Source of the DNA: Candidatus Latescibacterota bacterium
GTDB taxonomy: Bacteria; Latescibacterota; UBA2968
Direction: 5' to 3'
NCBI GenBank assembly: GCA_965222605.1
Contig: OZ244960.1
Span: forward strand, 3,936,001-4,000,000
Length of the DNA: 64,000 nucleotides
Shown here in pieces: positions 59,897-64,000 of this stretch (positions are counted from its first letter, which is position 1; every line of letters begins with the position of its first letter). The position numbers and the translations under genes are program-made. The notes below the pieces were generated by a model. That model saw only the letters and a program-made list of their open reading frames with translations. It was not told the DNA's origin and ran no database searches.

Positions 59897-60002
59897 AAAA
59901 TCCGCTGACAGGCCCTGGCGAGTCGAGTGTTGGCGGCAGACTGCTATCCCCGCATGAGGTAAGCAGGGGCAGTTCAAAGTGCAAGCATTTGGGAATGTGA
60001 GC
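59897..60002. repeat. Modular structured repeat, copy 3 (about 25-nt hairpin insert)
   Basis: CCGCTGACAGGCCCTGGCGAGTCGAGTGTTGGCGG ... GCAGTTCAAAGTGCAAGCATTTGGGAATGTGAGC. Confidence 0.8.
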
Positions 60003-60115
60003 GTGACCAATTCAAAATATCTAATTATGGTAGTAGAAGGATAGTTGTGTGCCTCGAAGAACTAAGATCAGCATAAAATTTTAATGTATGGCCAATATCA
60101 ACTCATTTAAGAGGT

Positions 60116-61393
60116 ATGGTTTTGAGAACAGTTTTGATGATCACACAAAAATTTCCTCCTTTTAATGGTGTTGGGATTCTGCGGGTTACCAAATTCGTGA
60201 AGTATATTCAGGAGTTTGGATGGCGACCTGTTGTTCTGACTTGCAAACGAAAAGAAAATCATTTAGACGCTGTGGATGAAAAACTGTTAGATGGTGTTCC
60301 GAAAAATTTAAGCATTCATCGGGTAAATGCCCCTTCCCTGTACGACGTTTACAGACTAATAGGCGGACGGGCAAAACAAGGCTCTTTTTCTTTGTCTAAA
60401 AATTCTCTGGCTACTTTAATCCGATCCTTATTTGTACCTGACCAATATGTCGCCTGGTATTTTACGGGTGTACGTAAGGCGAAAGAGATTTTCCAGGTGG
60501 AGAATATAGACGCGATCTATTCTACATCTCCTCGTGAAACATCACATCTGATTGGACGAACGCTCCATCTAAAATATAAGTGTCCTTGGATAGCCGATTT
60601 TAGGGATCCCTGGATCGAGAAACAACACCGTCCAAAACGTATCCAGCCTCTCGAACAGTTCGAGAAGTACTTAGAAAAAATTGTGCTTCGCGATGCAGAT
60701 TGCATTCTTGCTGCCTGGCCCGGTATTGTCCGAAGTTTTGAGCCTGCTGTAGAGGAGAAATCGCAAGTTTTGACTAATGGATTTGATGAAGAAGACTTCA
60801 GAGGTCTAAAGCCTCATGTGTTCCCAAAATTCACTTTTTTGTATGCCGGATCACTTTTTAAAGAATTGTCACCCCTACCAATGTTCGAAGCATTGGATAT
60901 GCTGCTGCGAATACGTCCAAAACTACGACAAAGAATTCAATTGGTCCTCTTGGGAAGGCAAGATGCATTTATTCGAGATACGATAACAAAATACGAGTTG
61001 GAATCTTGTGTACATATCATCCCACAAATACCGCACAGAGAATGTTTGCAGTACATATTGGGAGCTGATGTATTGACTTTTTCTGTACCAGATAAACAGT
61101 GGATCCCCAGCAAAATTTTTGAGTACTTAAGAGCCAGCAGACCCATACTGGCAATAGCAGACCAGGATTCAGACGCTGTACAGATTATCGCGCGTGTAAA
61201 CCAGGGTTTATGTTTCGCAAGCCGAGATCCTGAGCATATAGCACGTTATATGTCAAATTTAGTGCGAAATCGCGAGGTTTCGGATTGTGGGATTCAAAAC
61301 AATAGGCAACTCTGGGAGTTTGAACGAAGACAGTTAGCAAAACAGCTTGCTCATACCCTTGATACGCTCGTCAATCAGGTTTATAGGAAATGA
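60116..61393 (+). CDS. Glycosyltransferase family 4
   Basis: FPP..G.G..R..KFVKY, STSP, PWIADFRDPW, TNGFD, YAGS, PSKIFEYL. Confidence 0.9.
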   Translation: MVLRTVLMITQKFPPFNGVGILRVTKFVKYIQEFGWRPVVLTCKRKENHLDAVDEKLLDGVPKNLSIHRVNAPSLYDVYRLIGGRAKQGSFSLSKNSLATLIRSLFVPDQYVAWYFTGVRKAKEIFQVENIDAIYSTSPRETSHLIGRTLHLKYKCPWIADFRDPWIEKQHRPKRIQPLEQFEKYLEKIVLRDADCILAAWPGIVRSFEPAVEEKSQVLTNGFDEEDFRGLKPHVFPKFTFLYAGSLFKELSPLPMFEALDMLLRIRPKLRQRIQLVLLGRQDAFIRDTITKYELESCVHIIPQIPHRECLQYILGADVLTFSVPDKQWIPSKIFEYLRASRPILAIADQDSDAVQIIARVNQGLCFASRDPEHIARYMSNLVRNREVSDCGIQNNRQLWEFERRQLAKQLAHTLDTLVNQVYRK

Positions 61394-62073
61394 ATCGTAT
61401 AAATAAAATGTTAAGAGTGTTGTGTGCCCTGAGTTTTCTCATAGTACTATTACCGCTCGTGATCTTGGGCATTGTATTGATCTGGATAGAGACGCGGGAT
61501 AGATGCTTGTTCAAGCAAATCCGAGTGGGAAAAAACTTAAGACCCTTTACCATTTATAAACTTAAAACCATGATTGATCGTAAAAAAGCAGATCGAAATG
61601 ATCTCTTCGTGGATAATGAAAAATATATTACCAAAAGTGGACGTTTGCTCAGGATGTCAAAGATTGACGAAATACCGCAACTTTGGAATATCATCAAGGG
61701 GGATATGGATTTTGTGGGTCCGAGGCCGATAAGAGAACCACTACATAATTTTTATATGAAAAATATCCCAAACTTTGAACTCCGATACCAAACTTTACCC
61801 GGCCTTACGGGAATCTCTCAAATTGTAGATCCTGAGAATACAGATCGCAGTCTCGGCCTATCTTGTGACTGTTACTACATCAATAACAAATCTGTAAAAT
61901 TAGATGTTCAGATCATTGTATCGACGATCGTATATTTGATGTACAGTCTATCACGAGAAATTTACAACTGGACAACTGCAAGATGGCTCAGGCGTATCAA
62001 TGAGGATAATATATCCAACATTCAAGCTGATAATTTGCAGTATATGAGTTTGTCAAAATGGAAACGTCAATGA
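61390..62073 (+). CDS. Bacterial sugar transferase (phosphoglycosyl transferase)
   Basis: FKQ.RVG, YKLKTM, SKIDEIPQLWNI.KGDM.FVGPRP, PGLTG.SQ. Confidence 0.92.
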   Translation: MNRINKMLRVLCALSFLIVLLPLVILGIVLIWIETRDRCLFKQIRVGKNLRPFTIYKLKTMIDRKKADRNDLFVDNEKYITKSGRLLRMSKIDEIPQLWNIIKGDMDFVGPRPIREPLHNFYMKNIPNFELRYQTLPGLTGISQIVDPENTDRSLGLSCDCYYINNKSVKLDVQIIVSTIVYLMYSLSREIYNWTTARWLRRINEDNISNIQADNLQYMSLSKWKRQ

Positions 62074-62074
62074 A

Positions 62075-63187
62075 ATGAAAACAGTGATCAGTAATATTGA
62101 ATACTATCAGCCTGCACAAGGCAAACCGAAGCATATGTTTTGCAGTAGTACTTTCTTAAACATTTTGGCCTATCACAATCCATTTTTTAAAAAGCCTATC
62201 CTGTATGATCTGCTGAGAGTTGGATGGACGTTTTGGTATTCCCCAAAAAAGAGAAGACTGAGTTCAATGTATGTAAAGAATGGCTTTTTATTTAATTTGA
62301 ATTCTCTGTTCTCTGTAAACTCGGAGTCCATATTCTGCTCAGACTTAAGTCACTTTAGAGAGTGTTTGAGAGAACGGCTTATTGGAAAACGGCCATTATA
62401 TGTTGATCTATCCGGGGCACCCGTTTTGGTAGGCCAGGAGCTTAAGTTCACAGATCTACACCTGAAACATTTCACATATGTTGTCTTTGGTTTCGACAGC
62501 AAAAATGATACTGTCTTACTTTTGACAAACGGAGCTTCAATAGTCGGTTGGGCATCAATTTCTGAGGTTGCGAGTAGGCTTAAGAGAAATGAAATTGTAG
62601 ATTTTATGAATCCTTTAGACTTACAGATGCCTGATGAAGAAAAACTTGCGGACTTTTTTTTGCGAAAAATAAGAAGCAACTTCAAAACCTGTGCTACATT
62701 AGGCACTTTGAGGAGGATAAATCACTATGTATGGGGAAATATTACGAGGAAGTATATCCCTATAGATTTGCCTCCAGTAAGGACTCTGAGTGGCATAGGG
62801 GGTATAGAAAAATTTTCGAAAGATCTCGTACACTTATATGGATTAGAAAGGAATGAGATAAACGATTTTTCAAAGCATACATGCCGGAAGATAATAGGAT
62901 TCAGAGATGAACGAGCGATATTTATGAGGTCATTATTGGGATTAGCTCGTTTTAACAAGAAAGATCATATCATAAAAGAAGTTGAATGTCTATCGCGAGA
63001 TTTAGAAATAGCTTGGGTATCCTTAGCTAAATCTTTTGCCAGAGTTTATATGTCAGAGAGGAAGGATTCTGTAGATCGAATACAGGAGGAATTGCTTCAA
63101 ATAAAGAGCCGAGAGAAGGCCCTCCTACTACTGATGCAGGATTTTTTAAAAAAAGGGGGATTAGATGGTATGAATCTTTACGAATGA
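62075..63187 (+). CDS. BtrH-like (papain-fold) protein, possible ACP-dependent acyltransferase
   Basis: N-terminal Cys (HMFC), RPLYVDL, H..VVFGFD strand, helical C-terminus with GIGGIEKF. Confidence 0.5.
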   Translation: MKTVISNIEYYQPAQGKPKHMFCSSTFLNILAYHNPFFKKPILYDLLRVGWTFWYSPKKRRLSSMYVKNGFLFNLNSLFSVNSESIFCSDLSHFRECLRERLIGKRPLYVDLSGAPVLVGQELKFTDLHLKHFTYVVFGFDSKNDTVLLLTNGASIVGWASISEVASRLKRNEIVDFMNPLDLQMPDEEKLADFFLRKIRSNFKTCATLGTLRRINHYVWGNITRKYIPIDLPPVRTLSGIGGIEKFSKDLVHLYGLERNEINDFSKHTCRKIIGFRDERAIFMRSLLGLARFNKKDHIIKEVECLSRDLEIAWVSLAKSFARVYMSERKDSVDRIQEELLQIKSREKALLLLMQDFLKKGGLDGMNLYE

Positions 63188-63250
63188 ATCATTAGAGTTT
63201 GGAGTTGTCCAATCAGTCTCTATTATTTTAACTAAAAATAGGATTTGACC

Positions 63251-64000
63251 ATGAAAAAGAAAGTAAAAATAGCTTATATCTTTACACGGTTTCCCTGTTT
63301 GACTGAATTGTTTGCTTTACGTGAGGTAGAAGAATTGAGAAGATTGGGAATTGATGTTCAGCCTTATTCTTTAAAGAGGGTGCGGGTAGAAGATATGCAA
63401 GATCCTCTCATGAAATTTTGGTTTGATAAAACCATATATATTCCTTCTTCCTCCAGTTTTCAATGTCTTATATCGCTGTCTAAGAGCGGTATTAAGCACT
63501 TTAGAATTTTCTGGGGAGGTCTCATAGTTAAATGTATCTCTGGAAATATACGAAACTTAAGATATTTGTTTTCTTCGCTTGCAGTATTTTCTCAGGCTAC
63601 GCATATAACACAAGAGTTAGTAAAAACAAACGTTATGTGGGTCCATGCACATTTTGCGACCAACGCTACAACTGTTGCCTGGATAATCAAGCACCTATCC
63701 GGTATCCCTTATAGCTTTACTCCTCATGCCTATGATATATTCAAACGAGAATTCCAAACGGGATTTCTCAGGACAAAGATTCAAGATGCCCATTTTGTTG
63801 TTGCGATCTCTCAATTTAACAAATTTTTCCTTCAAAATTTTAGCGGACAAAAGTCTGAAAATGGCCAGTATCCCGTGATTCATTATGGTATTGGAGCTGA
63901 TTATCTACACAGACAATTAAAGAAGGATTGTAAAAATCAGTTCCCTATTATTCTTTCTATAGCCCGATTAGTAGAAAAGAAAGGTCATGAATATTTAATT
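63251..64000 (+). CDS. Glycosyltransferase family 4 (WcaL-like), truncated by the window end
   Basis: Hand translation: MKKKVKIAYIFTRFP.LTE.F..REV, VHAHFAT, PYSFTPHAYDIF, VIHYGI, SIARLVEKKGHEYLI; open to 64000. Confidence 0.9.
   Translation, partial: MKKKVKIAYIFTRFPCLTELFALREVEELRRLGIDVQPYSLKRVRVEDMQDPLMKFWFDKTIYIPSSSSFQCLISLSKSGIKHFRIFWGGLIVKCISGNIRNLRYLFSSLAVFSQATHITQELVKTNVMWVHAHFATNATTVAWIIKHLSGIPYSFTPHAYDIFKREFQTGFLRTKIQDAHFVVAISQFNKFFLQNFSGQKSENGQYPVIHYGIGADYLHRQLKKDCKNQFPIILSIARLVEKKGHEYLI

Noticed and set aside
63532-63883. Short ORFs suggesting a broken terminal gene
   Set aside because: An uninterrupted GT4 frame runs from 63251 to the window end; the listed ORFs are out-of-frame or antisense.

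Overview
Bacterial chromosomal window with three zones. (1) About 3.9-17.5 kb is a defence island. A type I restriction-modification operon (hsdM-hsdS-hsdR) is split by cargo: a REP-associated tyrosine transposase with GTAG REPs, a putative AbiC-like protein, an XRE + ImmA/IrrE protease pair facing two small divergent genes, orphan antitoxins and hicBA. An AAA-ATPase/RloB (AbiL-like) pair follows. (2) 0-3.7 kb and 17.8-38.3 kb are ordinary catabolic and housekeeping genes (PhyH dioxygenase, CoA transferase, crotonase, FGE-family lipoprotein, ABC permease, peroxiredoxin, aldo-keto reductases, ankyrin protein, enolase, TAXI-TRAP). (3) 38.5 kb to the window end is the standout, a co-oriented and visibly AT-richer cluster that looks like a hybrid RiPP/acyl/glycosyl pathway. 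A Ser/Thr kinase-AAA-TPR-GAF-sigma54 activator sits directly before a consensus sigma54 promoter. Downstream come a SCIFF-like-leader precursor, an unlisted 52-aa ORF, a radical SAM/SPASM enzyme, a methyltransferase, sugar enzymes and an ACP. These are followed by an S8 protease fused to a DUF1611/DgcN-like domain, a second precursor-like peptide, redoxin/rhodanese/MauE proteins, exporters, a BtrH-like protein and glycosyltransferases. Three copies of a modular, probably antisense-transcribed structured element punctuate the cluster. No rRNA, tRNA, CRISPR array or integrase was recognised. All family calls come from reading motifs by eye, not from database searches.
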